A stretch of DNA of 36,007 bases from Oligoflexus sp. (GCA_041736305.1 JBGSTX010000008.1:1-36007); one strand, 5' to 3'; positions 19,176 to 28,780 are shown, counted from the first letter of the stretch. The notes: generated from the sequence alone by a model not told the origin. Program-made: numbers and translations.

Positions 19176-19213
19176 GTTCAGGTCAGGAATCAAAGTGTCG
19201 ATCCTGCCTGAAC
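19176..19213. terminator. Hairpin between convergent genes
   Basis: GTTCAGG(T)CAGGA ... TCCTGCCTGAAC inverted repeat. Confidence 0.55.
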
Positions 19214-19223
19214 CAAGCAGATA

Positions 19224-20510
19224 TCAGTGCTCGAACTGCTCTTCTTCGGTCGAGCCTTTGATCGCACCGGTCGAGGTCTCGCCCTGCGTGATCGTCATGA
19301 GAACTTGATCGAAGAAACCAGTTCCCACTTCTTTTTGGTGTCTAACACCGGAGTAACCGGCTTTTTCATTTTTGAATTCCTGCGCCTGCAGCTGCACATA
19401 AGCGCTCATTCCCTGATCGCGGTAACGCTGGGCCAAATCCCAGCTATGATAGTTGATCAGATGCCATCCTGCCAAAGTGATAAACTGGTACTTATAGCCA
19501 AATTCCGCCAGACTATTCTGAAAGCTGGCGATCTCATCCTTATTGAGACGCGCTTCCCAATTGAAGGAAGGCGAGCAGTTATAGGCAAGCATCTTTCCCG
19601 GATGATGACGTTTGATTTCGGCGGCAAACTCTCGTGCTTCGCCAATATCTGGGACCGACGTTTCAAACCAGAGTAGATCAGCGTGCTCTGCGTAGGCCAG
19701 CCCACGTGCAATCGCTGCGGGAAGGCCCTGCTTAACGCGGAAAAAGCCCTCAGAGGTCCTTTGGCCCGTTATAAATGGGGCATCGTAAGGATCGATATCG
19801 GAAGTGATCAGAGTCGCCCCGAGGGAGTCGGTACGGGCGATTAAAAGCGTGGGTACGTCGCAGACATCGGCAGCAAGTCGAGCCGCCGTGAGAGTCTTGA
19901 TAAACTGCGCTGTCGGAATCAAAACCTTGCCACCTAGGTGACCACATTTCTTTTCAGAAGCTAACTGATCTTCAAAATGAACTGCTGACGCACCAGCCTC
20001 TATCATGGAACGCATCAATTCAAAAGCATGCAAAGGGCCACCAAAGCCCGCTTCGGCGTCGGCGACTATAGGAGCATACCAGTAGGTATCGTCTTTACCC
20101 TCCTGCTTGGCTATCAAGTCGGCTCGCATTAAGGCGTTGTTGAGACGCTTCACAAGAGCAGGCACCGAATTCGAGGGATAAAGGCTTTGGTCAGGATAGG
20201 TCTGGCCCGAAAGGTTGGCATCCGCAGCGACTTGCCAGCCACTCATGTAGATCGACTTCAAACCAGCTCTTACCATTTGCACCGCTTGCGCGCCTGTCAT
20301 TGCGCCTAGCGAATGGACGTAATTTTCTTCTTGCAGAAGCTGCCAGAGACGGGCGGCTCCCGCTTCTGCCAAGGTATAGCTTGGGTTGAGTGAAGGACGT
20401 AGTTTCAGCACCTCTTCGGCGCTATAGCTACGCTTGATACCTTTCCAACGCGCGTCGCTTTTCCATTTTTTTTCCATCTCTGCCGGGCTTTTCTTCGCTT
20501 GTAGTTCCAT
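19224..20510 (-). CDS. aceA: Isocitrate lyase
   Basis: [32 protein letters not shown] catalytic signature, [10 protein letters not shown] and C-terminal GSTEEEQF. Confidence 0.99.
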   Translation of the reverse strand: MELQAKKSPAEMEKKWKSDARWKGIKRSYSAEEVLKLRPSLNPSYTLAEAGAARLWQLLQEENYVHSLGAMTGAQAVQMVRAGLKSIYMSGWQVAADANLSGQTYPDQSLYPSNSVPALVKRLNNALMRADLIAKQEGKDDTYWYAPIVADAEAGFGGPLHAFELMRSMIEAGASAVHFEDQLASEKKCGHLGGKVLIPTAQFIKTLTAARLAADVCDVPTLLIARTDSLGATLITSDIDPYDAPFITGQRTSEGFFRVKQGLPAAIARGLAYAEHADLLWFETSVPDIGEAREFAAEIKRHHPGKMLAYNCSPSFNWEARLNKDEIASFQNSLAEFGYKYQFITLAGWHLINYHSWDLAQRYRDQGMSAYVQLQAQEFKNEKAGYSGVRHQKEVGTGFFDQVLMTITQGETSTGAIKGSTEEEQFEH

Positions 20511-20526
20511 GAGGGGCCTCCTAAGG

Positions 20527-22119
20527 CTAAGGGGTGTTGTCGAGCAGCTTGTACGCCGGAAGAGTCAGAAACTCCGTGAAGTCCTGGGCGAGAACCAAAC
20601 CGTCCAGCAGCTCTATTACGGGCTGTAGAGCACTGAGCGACCCTAGCTTTGTCAGCTCTTCACTGCGAAAGCTTCGGTAGAGTTCAGGACTCATCGTACG
20701 ACCGTCGTTCAAGCTGGCTCGATGTCGAATCCACTGCCAAAGCTGAGCTCTTGAAATCTCGGCGGTTGCCGCATCCTCCATAAGATTATAGAGAGCGACG
20801 GCGCCGAGACCTTGAAGCCAGCAATTCAAATACTGTACGGCCACACGAATGTTGTGCCGGACCCCTTCTTCTGTTATCTGAGCACCCTCTATGCGCAGAT
20901 CGATCAAACGTTGCGAATCGGGAACAAGATCCTCCTTGCTTACATCTTTCTGATGCGGCTTCTGTCCGAGATACTGCTCAAAAATGCGCTGAGCCACCGG
21001 CACAAGATCTGGGTGGGCGACCCAGGTCCCGTCAAAGCCTGCCTTGACTTCCATCGTCTTGTCTTCGGCAACCTTTGCCATCGCGATCTCGTTAACAGCA
21101 GCATCTTTGCGGCTGGGAATGAAGGCTGCCATCCCTCCCATAGCGTGCGCTCCTCGACGATGACAGGTTCGCACCAAAAGCTCGGTATAGGACCGCATGA
21201 AAGGAACTGCCATCGTAATTTGGGCTCGGTCGGGAAGGACTTTGTCAGGGTGCTGGGCAAACTTCTTGATCATACTGAAGATGTAATCCCAGCGTCCCGC
21301 GTTGAGGCCGGCCGCGTGCTCCCTCAATTCATAGAGTATCTCCTCCATCTCAAAGGCGGCGGGAATGGTTTCGATCAGGCAGGTCGCGCGAATAGTCCCG
21401 CGAGCCACCTTGAGGTAATCTTGAGCGAAGACGAAAACTTCATTCCATAAGCGCGCCTCGAGATGGCTTTCCATCTTTGGGAGATAGAAATAAGGCGCTG
21501 AGCCTCGTTTAATTCGCTCATGCGCATTATGGAAAAAGTAGAGTCCGAAATCGAAGAGGCTTGCTGAAATCGCTTCACCGTGAAAAGTCAGATTTTTTTC
21601 CGGCAGATGCCAGCCCCTGGGACGGACGACGAGAGTAGCCAGAGTCGCGTCGGGACGGAGACGATACTCTTTGCCCTCTTCACTCCGAAACTGCAGACTG
21701 AGACGAACAGCATCTTGTAGATTGATCTGTCCCTGGAGCAAGTTATTCCAGGTTGGGGACAGCGAATCTTCAAAATCAGCCATGAAAACTTTGGCTCCCG
21801 ACTGCAGTGCATTGATCACCATCTTTGCATCAGTAGGGCCGGTAATCTCAACTTGACGGTTGTCTAGATCACGAGGAGCCGGTGCAACGCGCCAGTCCTT
21901 AGTACGAATGTCACGGGTTTCCTCGAGGAAAGTGAAGCTGCCCCCAGCATCGAGTTGTCGCTGGCGCTCGCTGCGACGCTCGAGCAGCTGGAGCCTTTGA
22001 GGCTGAAAATTCTGGTGTAGGGCGGCGAGAAACTCAAGCGCAGCAGGGGTTAGGACCCGTTGCCGATACAGCTCATTGCTAGCCTGATTTATTTTTAGTC
22101 CTGCTGTCTCTAAGCTCAT
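20527..22119 (-). CDS. aceB: Malate synthase A
   Basis: [60 protein letters not shown] and [12 protein letters not shown] motifs. Confidence 0.98.
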   Translation of the reverse strand: MSLETAGLKINQASNELYRQRVLTPAALEFLAALHQNFQPQRLQLLERRSERQRQLDAGGSFTFLEETRDIRTKDWRVAPAPRDLDNRQVEITGPTDAKMVINALQSGAKVFMADFEDSLSPTWNNLLQGQINLQDAVRLSLQFRSEEGKEYRLRPDATLATLVVRPRGWHLPEKNLTFHGEAISASLFDFGLYFFHNAHERIKRGSAPYFYLPKMESHLEARLWNEVFVFAQDYLKVARGTIRATCLIETIPAAFEMEEILYELREHAAGLNAGRWDYIFSMIKKFAQHPDKVLPDRAQITMAVPFMRSYTELLVRTCHRRGAHAMGGMAAFIPSRKDAAVNEIAMAKVAEDKTMEVKAGFDGTWVAHPDLVPVAQRIFEQYLGQKPHQKDVSKEDLVPDSQRLIDLRIEGAQITEEGVRHNIRVAVQYLNCWLQGLGAVALYNLMEDAATAEISRAQLWQWIRHRASLNDGRTMSPELYRSFRSEELTKLGSLSALQPVIELLDGLVLAQDFTEFLTLPAYKLLDNTP

Positions 22120-22146
22120 GGCCTTCCCCTTCGCGAAGTGATGAAC

Positions 22147-22179
22147 GCGAGTCTAGGTGCCGAAACTCGCTGCTGTCAA
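22147..22179 (-). promoter_or_regulatory. sigma70 promoter of aceBA with overlapping dyad (putative operator)
   Basis: Minus strand TTGACA(22179-22174)-N18-TAGACT(22155-22150). A GCGAGT-N12-ACTCGC dyad spans 22147-22170. Confidence 0.6.
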
Positions 22180-22326
22180 GCCGCCCAAAAAGCCTTCCGG
22201 AAAAATGCAATTCCTGTAATTTTGTTTCGGCTCATCCTTTGGAATGCCCTGCAGCTAAGGGTTTTCTTGAAAATGGCGCGTAAGCTTTCGAAAAGCAGCA
22301 AGCGTACAGATGTGGCTCGAGCGAGA

Positions 22327-22504
22327 ATGCTTTCGATTCAAAGCAAGGCGCAGCTATGAACTTTAATGCAGCACATTGCATACTGAACGCGAACTCGAAA
22401 ATTTTTTCACAGTCGCGAGTATGCAACCGGAAGGTGGGAAAAGCACAGAGACCCGTGGTGGTCTCCCTAGGCGCTGTTTTTGACGGAATCGATTTGCCAT
22501 GCAT
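22327..22504 (+). ncRNA. Candidate structured ncRNA with 6S RNA-like rod architecture
   Basis: Manual pairing gives a closing stem (TCGATTC/GAATCGA, AAAGCA/TGTTTT, GCGC/GCGC), a central bubble and a terminal stem TTGCATACT...AGTATGCAA; 178 nt in total. Confidence 0.35.
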
Positions 22505-22662
22505 AGGCTTAGACAAAACTCAGCTCTCAGACTTGGAAAAAGCTTTTCTTCGGGCTGCCTGCGTCTTAGAGTCGAAGCCGAGATTCTAGGCAAAGTGCCG
22601 GCGGCACTTCAGAACTAAAATCAGCAGCCCGACAAGCTTAAACCCAAAAAGGATTTTATATA

Positions 22663-23988
22663 TTGGAAGAAAACCTTGTCACTCATTTGACCGCCGACGA
22701 TCGAGCCGTGGTCGTCGGAGTCCTTTTAGCCGGAGAGTCTGCCGAAAAGGTTGAGGAAGAACTGCGGGAGCTGGAATCGCTACTCGATACACTCGGCGTC
22801 CAAGTCAAAGGTCGGATCATGCAAAGGCGTCAAAAATTGACGCCCAATTGTTTTATCGGCACCGGTAAAGTCCAGGAGATCAAAGATCTTGCTCTCAGCA
22901 CGGACTCACGGCTCGTCGTCTTCGATCGCGCACTCAGCGCGCCGCAGGTGCGTAATCTGGAGAAGATGACCTCCTGCGTCGTTCTTGATAGGACAGGGGT
23001 TATTCTCGAAATATTTTCACGCCATGCGCGCACAAATCAGGCCAAGACGCAGGTAGAGATCGCGAAACTCGAGTACCTCCTGCCTCGGCTCAGCGGCGCC
23101 TGGAGTCACTTCCAAAGACAAAAAGGTGGCGGGGCTCTGCAGAGGGGCATGGGCGAAAAGCAGATAGAAGTCGACCGTCGACGGGCGCGTGAGCGCATCG
23201 CACGCCTACAGAAGCAGCTCGAGCAGATCCGGAAGGAAAAGGCCACGCAGAGGAAATCGCGTTCAAACGAGCTGAAAGTCGCTATAGTCGGGTACACGAA
23301 CAGCGGCAAGACCACTCTTATGAAAGGTCTCACTAAAGCCCAGGTACTGCCTAAAGATGAGCTCTTTGCCACTCTCGACACCAATGTAAAGACCATAGAT
23401 CCGCGGACGAGACCTAAAATTTTGCTTTCCGACACCGTCGGTTTCATTCGCAATCTGCCCCATGGTCTCGTCGAATCTTTCCGCACGACTCTCGACGAAG
23501 TCAATGAAGCCGATCTTCTCTTGCACATCGTTGATGTCAGCTATCCCTACTACGAGGATCATATCAAGGTCACCCGAGGCGTCCTTGAGGAGATGGGAGC
23601 GGGTGAAATTCCCCAGATTTTGGTCTTCAACAAAGCCGACCGTCTCAACGACCCCGTCCTCCCGAGGATTCTTAAGGCGGCTTACCCTGGGTGTATTGTC
23701 GTCTCTTCTCAGCAGGAAAAAGACATTACGCGGGTCCGGGATCACATCTACACTTTCTTTCGCAAGAACCTCGTTACTTTTCGCTTGTCGATTCCAGCCG
23801 ATAATCCCTCGGCCCAATCGCTGCTCTATCGCAACTGCTTAGTCATAGAAAAAGATTTCGACGAAGAGGCAGGACGCGTGCTTTATCTCGCACAAGCAAC
23901 CCGGCCGACGATGACCAAACTACGCAGCTTCATTACTTCCGTCGAAGACGAAGCCTTCTCTAGCGAAACTACGGAGAGCGATACATGA
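22663..23988 (+). CDS. hflX: GTPase HflX
   Basis: VLDRTGVILEIF, KTQVEIAKLEYLLPRL, GYTNSGKTT (G1), LFATLD, DTVGFI (G3) and NKAD (G4). Confidence 0.96.
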   Translation: MEENLVTHLTADDRAVVVGVLLAGESAEKVEEELRELESLLDTLGVQVKGRIMQRRQKLTPNCFIGTGKVQEIKDLALSTDSRLVVFDRALSAPQVRNLEKMTSCVVLDRTGVILEIFSRHARTNQAKTQVEIAKLEYLLPRLSGAWSHFQRQKGGGALQRGMGEKQIEVDRRRARERIARLQKQLEQIRKEKATQRKSRSNELKVAIVGYTNSGKTTLMKGLTKAQVLPKDELFATLDTNVKTIDPRTRPKILLSDTVGFIRNLPHGLVESFRTTLDEVNEADLLLHIVDVSYPYYEDHIKVTRGVLEEMGAGEIPQILVFNKADRLNDPVLPRILKAAYPGCIVVSSQQEKDITRVRDHIYTFFRKNLVTFRLSIPADNPSAQSLLYRNCLVIEKDFDEEAGRVLYLAQATRPTMTKLRSFITSVEDEAFSSETTESDT

Positions 23989-25337
23989 CTTACGTTAAAC
24001 TCAATTCTCGTTTTTTGGGCGAAGCGATTCAGCCCGCAGCCGAAGCCTTGCATAAGGAGGCTGCCCAACAGCTCGATCTACTCAAACAGAAAAAATGCCA
24101 GGGCTCAGAGTGGACGGGCTGGTGGGATTATCCCAAGCAGCGAGGTTTCGCCCTCAACGAAGAAATCAAGCGTTACGTCGAACAGCTCGAGGTCAACTAT
24201 GATTTAGTCCTCGTTATCGGCATAGGTGGATCCTATCTAGGAACGCGCGCGGTGACCGAAGCGCTGATGCATAGCTATCAAGGACTGGTGCGCGATCATC
24301 ATCCTATGGTCGCTTACGCGGGTCATCACATCTCCGAGACTCAGCTGGTCGAGGTCATGGAGCTCCTTGAAAAGCGTCTGCCCATCGTCAATGTTATCAG
24401 CAAGAGTGGAACGACCACCGAGCCGGGTGTGGTGTTCCGCATCGTTCGCAGCTATATGGAAGAGCGTTTCGGAAGCGAAGAAGCCGCTCGTCGCATCGTC
24501 TGTACGACGGACGCTAAAGAGGGCGCTCTCCGCCAGGTCGCCAAGGAAGAGGGTTACGCGAGCTTTGTAATCCCGGACGATATCGGTGGGCGTTTCAGTG
24601 TTTTGACGCCGGTCGGTCTGGTGCCACTAGCTCTGCTCAAATTAGACACCCAGGCCCTGCTCGAAGGGGCCGATACAATTTTTAGCGAATTAAACCAGCA
24701 TCCCGAAGGTCATCCTGTCCTCGCTTATGCAGCGGCGCGTCAAGCTGCTTATCGGCATGAAAAAAGCATGGAAATCCTCGCCACTAGCAACCCCAAACTC
24801 AGTCACCTCGTTGAGTGGTGGAAGCAGCTATTTGGTGAGTCGGAGGGCAAGCAGCACAAAGGACTGTTTCCTGCAGGCCTCACCTATACCACCGATCTGC
24901 ACTCCTTAGGGCAGTATGTCCAAGACGGTGTACGCAACATGCTCGAAACTTTTCTGGAGATCGAACAAGATGTTCCACAGCGTGGCGGAATCGAGAAGCG
25001 AGTCCGGGTGCCCTCCCAGCTTAGTACTCTCGATCAGCTGACCTATCTCGAAGGTCGAATGATCAACGACATCAATAAGGGCGCGATGCAGGGGACGATG
25101 ATGGCTCACGTCGATGGTGGAGTCCCCTGTCTGCAGCTGACCATACCTGAACTGAGTGAGCGGAGTCTCGGCGCTCTCTTCGCATTTTTCGAGAGTGCGT
25201 GTGCGGTGAGTGGAGGGATGCTAGGCGTTAACCCCTACGATCAGCCAGGGGTCGAAGCGTATAAGAAGAATCTTTTCGCTCTCATGGGTAAACCCGGAAC
25301 CGAAGCTTTAGCCGCGAAGCTCAGGGAAAGGCTCTGA
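23985..25337 (+). CDS. pgi: Glucose-6-phosphate isomerase (short 450-aa type)
   Basis: IGIGGSYLG, SKSGTTTEP, DDIGGRFSVLTPVGL, QLFGESEGK, DLHSLGQ and NPYDQPGVEAYK motifs. Confidence 0.97.
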   Translation: MTYVKLNSRFLGEAIQPAAEALHKEAAQQLDLLKQKKCQGSEWTGWWDYPKQRGFALNEEIKRYVEQLEVNYDLVLVIGIGGSYLGTRAVTEALMHSYQGLVRDHHPMVAYAGHHISETQLVEVMELLEKRLPIVNVISKSGTTTEPGVVFRIVRSYMEERFGSEEAARRIVCTTDAKEGALRQVAKEEGYASFVIPDDIGGRFSVLTPVGLVPLALLKLDTQALLEGADTIFSELNQHPEGHPVLAYAAARQAAYRHEKSMEILATSNPKLSHLVEWWKQLFGESEGKQHKGLFPAGLTYTTDLHSLGQYVQDGVRNMLETFLEIEQDVPQRGGIEKRVRVPSQLSTLDQLTYLEGRMINDINKGAMQGTMMAHVDGGVPCLQLTIPELSERSLGALFAFFESACAVSGGMLGVNPYDQPGVEAYKKNLFALMGKPGTEALAAKLRERL

Positions 25338-25916
25338 GAAATCCAGGCGCGCCAGCTTAAGCATGAGGGCTGTCAGGCCCCAAACCTGATAGCCGCTAGC
25401 TGGGTAAAGAGGCGTTTCGCGCCAACGGCCGAAGACGTTGAAGCGCAGTTTTCGCTCTTCACTGGGGTGAAACGAGGTCCAAGGCAGCGCAAATACTTCG
25501 GCAACTTCAGCCGCATTGCAGATGAAATCTTTCAGATCGATATCGGCTTCTGCCACGATGGGTATCACTGGGCTTAGATCAAGGGCTTTGACTTGGGGTA
25601 GGCTGCCGAGTACCTTGACTCGTTCTGGATCGAGCCCGATCTCTTCCCAGCTTTCTCGCAAGGCTGTATCGCTAGGACTCATATCGCAGATTTCGCGCCT
25701 TCCACCCGGAAAGCCTATCTGGCCCCGATGGGTACGAACCTGATCGGAGCGTCGAATAAAGACTATGCGTGCAGCAGCAGAACTACTTAGGCCAGGGATG
25801 AAGAGACAGAGGACTGCCGCGGCTTTCGATGAAAGCTCGAGTGGCCAGGCTAGAGGCGCTGCTTCGAGAGCACGTATTGCGGGCATTCTTTCTTCAGTCG
25901 CCCTTCCGCCCACCAT
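25308..25916 (-). CDS. Nudix hydrolase, CoA pyrophosphatase type
   Basis: AAVL, FIRRSDQVRTHRGQIGFPGG (NuCoA motif), Nudix box ALRESWEEIGL and VWGLTA. ATG 25916 with AAGGAG RBS. Confidence 0.9.
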   Translation of the reverse strand: MVGGRATEERMPAIRALEAAPLAWPLELSSKAAAVLCLFIPGLSSSAAARIVFIRRSDQVRTHRGQIGFPGGRREICDMSPSDTALRESWEEIGLDPERVKVLGSLPQVKALDLSPVIPIVAEADIDLKDFICNAAEVAEVFALPWTSFHPSEERKLRFNVFGRWRETPLYPASGYQVWGLTALMLKLARLDFSEPFPELRG

Positions 25917-25920
25917 TTTT

Positions 25921-26520
25921 TCAAGCTCCTTTTTCAGCCAGCTGCTTGGCGAAGCTAAACGCCTTGTCCATGTCGGGAAGTTGCTCGATGCGGGAGACGA
26001 GCTGCATATAGCGGATAGTGCCGGCTCGATCGAGGACGATGACACCGCGGGTCAGGAGTTCGGAACCTTTCAGCATGAGGCCTGTCTCTTTGCCGAAACG
26101 TCCTTCTTTATAGTCTGAGTAATAGCGAATGTTCTCGAGGCCCGATTCAGCCGCAAATCGCTTCTGCGCCATTGGCAGGTCGCGACTGATAAGAACTCGA
26201 TCGATGCTGGGGGGTAGGAGCACGCTTTCGCCGAGTCTATGGGTCTGCTCTTCGCAGACGGTCGTATCGATCGAGGGTACGAGGTTGACGACGGTGACCC
26301 GGTTGTTGAATTTGATGTCGAGCGACTTGGCTTTCTGGATGAAATTGTCGCCAATTACTAAAGTCCCGGGATAGAGTTCGACCTCTTGACCGTTTTGAGT
26401 GACTTTGCTGCCAGCAGCGATCGACGAGGGGTCGACGAGCATAGGTTTTTCGCTGGCACTGGTACAACCCATGGCCCAGGCGCAGATGGTGGAACTGAGG
26501 ACGAAGAGTATGGGGCGCAT
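25921..26520 (-). CDS. tpx: Thiol peroxidase (Tpx-type peroxiredoxin), lipoprotein
   Basis: VPSIDTTVC peroxidatic motif, SRDLPMAQKRF and LLTRGVIVLD. Lipobox-like WAMGC; ATG 26520 with AAGGAG RBS. Confidence 0.85.
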   Translation of the reverse strand: MRPILFVLSSTICAWAMGCTSASEKPMLVDPSSIAAGSKVTQNGQEVELYPGTLVIGDNFIQKAKSLDIKFNNRVTVVNLVPSIDTTVCEEQTHRLGESVLLPPSIDRVLISRDLPMAQKRFAAESGLENIRYYSDYKEGRFGKETGLMLKGSELLTRGVIVLDRAGTIRYMQLVSRIEQLPDMDKAFSFAKQLAEKGA

Positions 26521-26593
26521 GCTGTCTCTCCTTAAGCGATGAAGCCCCTCACCATATCGCGGGACTAGAGACAAGGCAAGTCATGGAGAGCTG

Positions 26594-27022
26594 CTAGGAC
26601 TTGAGCAGACGCAGGCGTGGGAGCTTAGGAGCTGGAGTAGCCGTCAAGCGATGGATAGCGCCTTCCAATTGCGCCATAAAATTCTGCTGCTCGGCCACAG
26701 CTCGCTCGACTTCGTCGGGACCAAAGAGGAGCTTGGCGTCACTAACTATGCGTTGCGCGTAGGTGACCTGTTGGAGGAGGCTGTTCTTCAGCTTAATTTC
26801 AAAAAGATAGGAGTCGATATCGAGGCTTTCGAGCTGCTTTGAAAGATCTTCGTCAGAGCCTAAATTCCACAGAGCTTCGCCTAGCTGTCGAAAGCGCCAG
26901 CGGACTTCGTCGTCCCGTCGCCACTGAATTTCAAAAATCTTGCTTTCATCTCGGCACGATATACGCCAGTATAGATGGGGATCGATGCAGGAAAAATCAA
27001 GAAATTTTATTAGCTTATCCAT
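26594..27022 (-). CDS. Hypothetical protein
   Basis: 142-aa ATG ORF with GAGAG RBS, co-oriented with tpx; protein-like composition. Confidence 0.7.
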   Translation of the reverse strand: MDKLIKFLDFSCIDPHLYWRISCRDESKIFEIQWRRDDEVRWRFRQLGEALWNLGSDEDLSKQLESLDIDSYLFEIKLKNSLLQQVTYAQRIVSDAKLLFGPDEVERAVAEQQNFMAQLEGAIHRLTATPAPKLPRLRLLKS

Positions 27023-27037
27023 TTTCTCTCAGCTCAA

Positions 27038-27253
27038 CTAGCGGGGGAGGAAATCCACATCATCACAGGCGTCATCCTGCAAATCGTTTGCCAAGACCGA
27101 GACGAGGCTTTTTAATGAACTGGACCATAATTCTCCAGCCATACAAGTGGAAGCGGCAGGGTCTGAGGCTTGGCTGGAGATATGAAGGCCTTTGCTAGAT
27201 TCCAGCTTGGAGATAATCTTGGTTTTCTTGTCTTTCAATGCTATATTTTCCAA
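27038..27253 (-). CDS. Possible small hypothetical protein
   Basis: 71-aa TTG ORF ending 15 nt before the next gene; no motif recognised. Confidence 0.3.
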   Translation of the reverse strand: MENIALKDKKTKIISKLESSKGLHISSQASDPAASTCMAGELWSSSLKSLVSVLANDLQDDACDDVDFLPR

Positions 27254-27366
27254 TGGTTTCGAGCATATTTGCCATGAGGGAGCCGAAACGTAAGCGCTCT
27301 CTGAGATAGTGATATCGGGTTGTCCGGTTTAGGGCTTGGCGTAAAACTACTAGCCTACAACATAGG

Positions 27367-27532
27367 GCAAAGCTCTTTGCAGACTTCTCATGCAAGCCAC
27401 AAGCGAGCATGAGCGACTAAGAATGCGAAATGTAAGGTCCTTCGGGACCCCTCTCAGGCACGAGAGGCTGAGACTCTTTTGAGTCAAGGGAAGCTCCGAC
27501 CATAGCTGCTTGGCAGTTTGGTTGGCAGAGGG
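27367..27532 (+). ncRNA. Candidate multi-hairpin structured RNA or 5' leader
   Basis: Six consecutive hairpins, including GGTCC-TTCG-GGACC (cUUCGg tetraloop). Confidence 0.35.
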
Positions 27533-27628
27533 TGTCACTAACTTATGGCCAATTTTCCGTTTGACCCTGTCTAAAGGTTTGGCAATAACTTGGGATACAC
27601 ACATTCTTTTTGGGTTTGGGGCCTTCGC

Positions 27629-28537
27629 ATGCTGCAAAATGAAACCGTTCTTCGGACCTCGATCAGGACGTGCCTCCTTCTCTTGCTGCTACTTGGGGAG
27701 CCCGGCGGACAGTACATATTCGCTCAGGATGAGATTGAGATGGAAACTTCACCTCCACCTCCATCTCCTCCTTCATCAGCTCCGGCTGCGGGCACAGAGG
27801 GCAAAGCTGCTGATAAAGAGATGGCGCCTCCCAAGTTGCCAAAAACTCAAGAATTCACCTCAGCCGAGGTGCAGAAGGAGTGCCGCAAATACGAAGGCAA
27901 GTTCATCGCCTATTACGACAAGATATATAAGGTAGAAAAATGCAAGCGTCGTGAAGTCTTATCGACCGATGATCAGCCCAACCCGGTTCTCGCCCGTGCC
28001 AAGATCCAGTCGGTAGAAGGATTAACCGTCGCTACCTTGCCTGAAGGCAGCCCGATTGAAATCGAAAGATTCACTGGAAAGTTGAACTGCCTCCGGCTCG
28101 AGGGTCGCTACATACTCTCGCGAGGCGATGATATTTACTTCATAGAGAAGTGTAAAAAGCGAATGATCCCTGACTGGGATACCTATGCCGAGCATGCCCA
28201 AAAACGCGGCAAACGGGGGCTCGAAGTTTTCGAGCTGGCCGAGGCAGAATTTCACGCGATCAAAGCCGGCGAGCCAATTAAATCGGTATTGGACGAGGAG
28301 TATAAGAAGTTGCTTGCTGCGGATAAGGAGCCCGACATCATTCCCATCAATGAAGCCTGCAAGGGTCTGAATGGCAAATATGTCACCTACTATTCTCGCA
28401 TTTATCGCATCGACGCCTGTAAGAAGCGACCTGTTGATTCTGAAGCCTTCGTCATGAAGAATAGCAATCTGAAAATGATCGAACTCAGCTCAGAGCAATG
28501 GGTTTCTCTACCAACCGGTAAAATTTACAAGCCCTGA
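27629..28537 (+). CDS. Secreted protein with three Cys-paired tandem repeat domains
   Basis: Hydrophobic signal (CLLLLLLL), Pro-rich linker, and three repeats C-x3-(E/N)G(K/R)(F/Y)...IY-x-(I/V)-x-x-CK(R/K)R ... G-x-(P/I). Confidence 0.8.
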   Translation: MLQNETVLRTSIRTCLLLLLLLGEPGGQYIFAQDEIEMETSPPPPSPPSSAPAAGTEGKAADKEMAPPKLPKTQEFTSAEVQKECRKYEGKFIAYYDKIYKVEKCKRREVLSTDDQPNPVLARAKIQSVEGLTVATLPEGSPIEIERFTGKLNCLRLEGRYILSRGDDIYFIEKCKKRMIPDWDTYAEHAQKRGKRGLEVFELAEAEFHAIKAGEPIKSVLDEEYKKLLAADKEPDIIPINEACKGLNGKYVTYYSRIYRIDACKKRPVDSEAFVMKNSNLKMIELSSEQWVSLPTGKIYKP

Positions 28538-28541
28538 GTCT

Positions 28542-28571
28542 GAGAGGAGGCTCGCTCCTCCTCTCGATTTT
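28542..28571 (+). terminator. Intrinsic terminator
   Basis: GAGAGGAGG-N6-CCTCCTCTC followed by GATTTT. Confidence 0.75.
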
Positions 28572-28780
28572 CTCACCTAGCCTTCCGGCATTACAGTCTA
28601 AATAGTCCCAAAATCGCATTGAATATTCACCAGGTGCTACTGGCGGCTTTGCCAATTGAGTCTTGTATCTAGCGGGAATGACGTCCTCTTTCCCAGTCGT
28701 CTCAAGTTATTGCTGCCGATGCCGATCGGGTGGTGGATCGGTTACAAGACGTTTTTGTTTGCTAGAGAAAAGAGGGGACC

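Noticed and set aside
22120-22660. Glycine riboswitch upstream of malate synthase
   Set aside because: No GGAGA...CCGAAG...CUCUCAGG aptamer on the minus strand, and the likely promoter leaves only about 25 nt of leader.
25917-26045. N-terminal extension of the Nudix ORF, and the longer ORF-track starts for glnS, gltD, the amidohydrolase, tpx and clpS
   Set aside because: The extensions overlap neighbouring genes or lack an RBS; the downstream ATGs have an RBS or couple to the upstream stop and fit family lengths.
27360-27490. Glycine, TPP or c-di-GMP-I riboswitch fragments (CTCTCAGG, GGCTGAGA, AGGGCAAA)
   Set aside because: Only isolated words match; the remaining conserved cores and pairings are missing.
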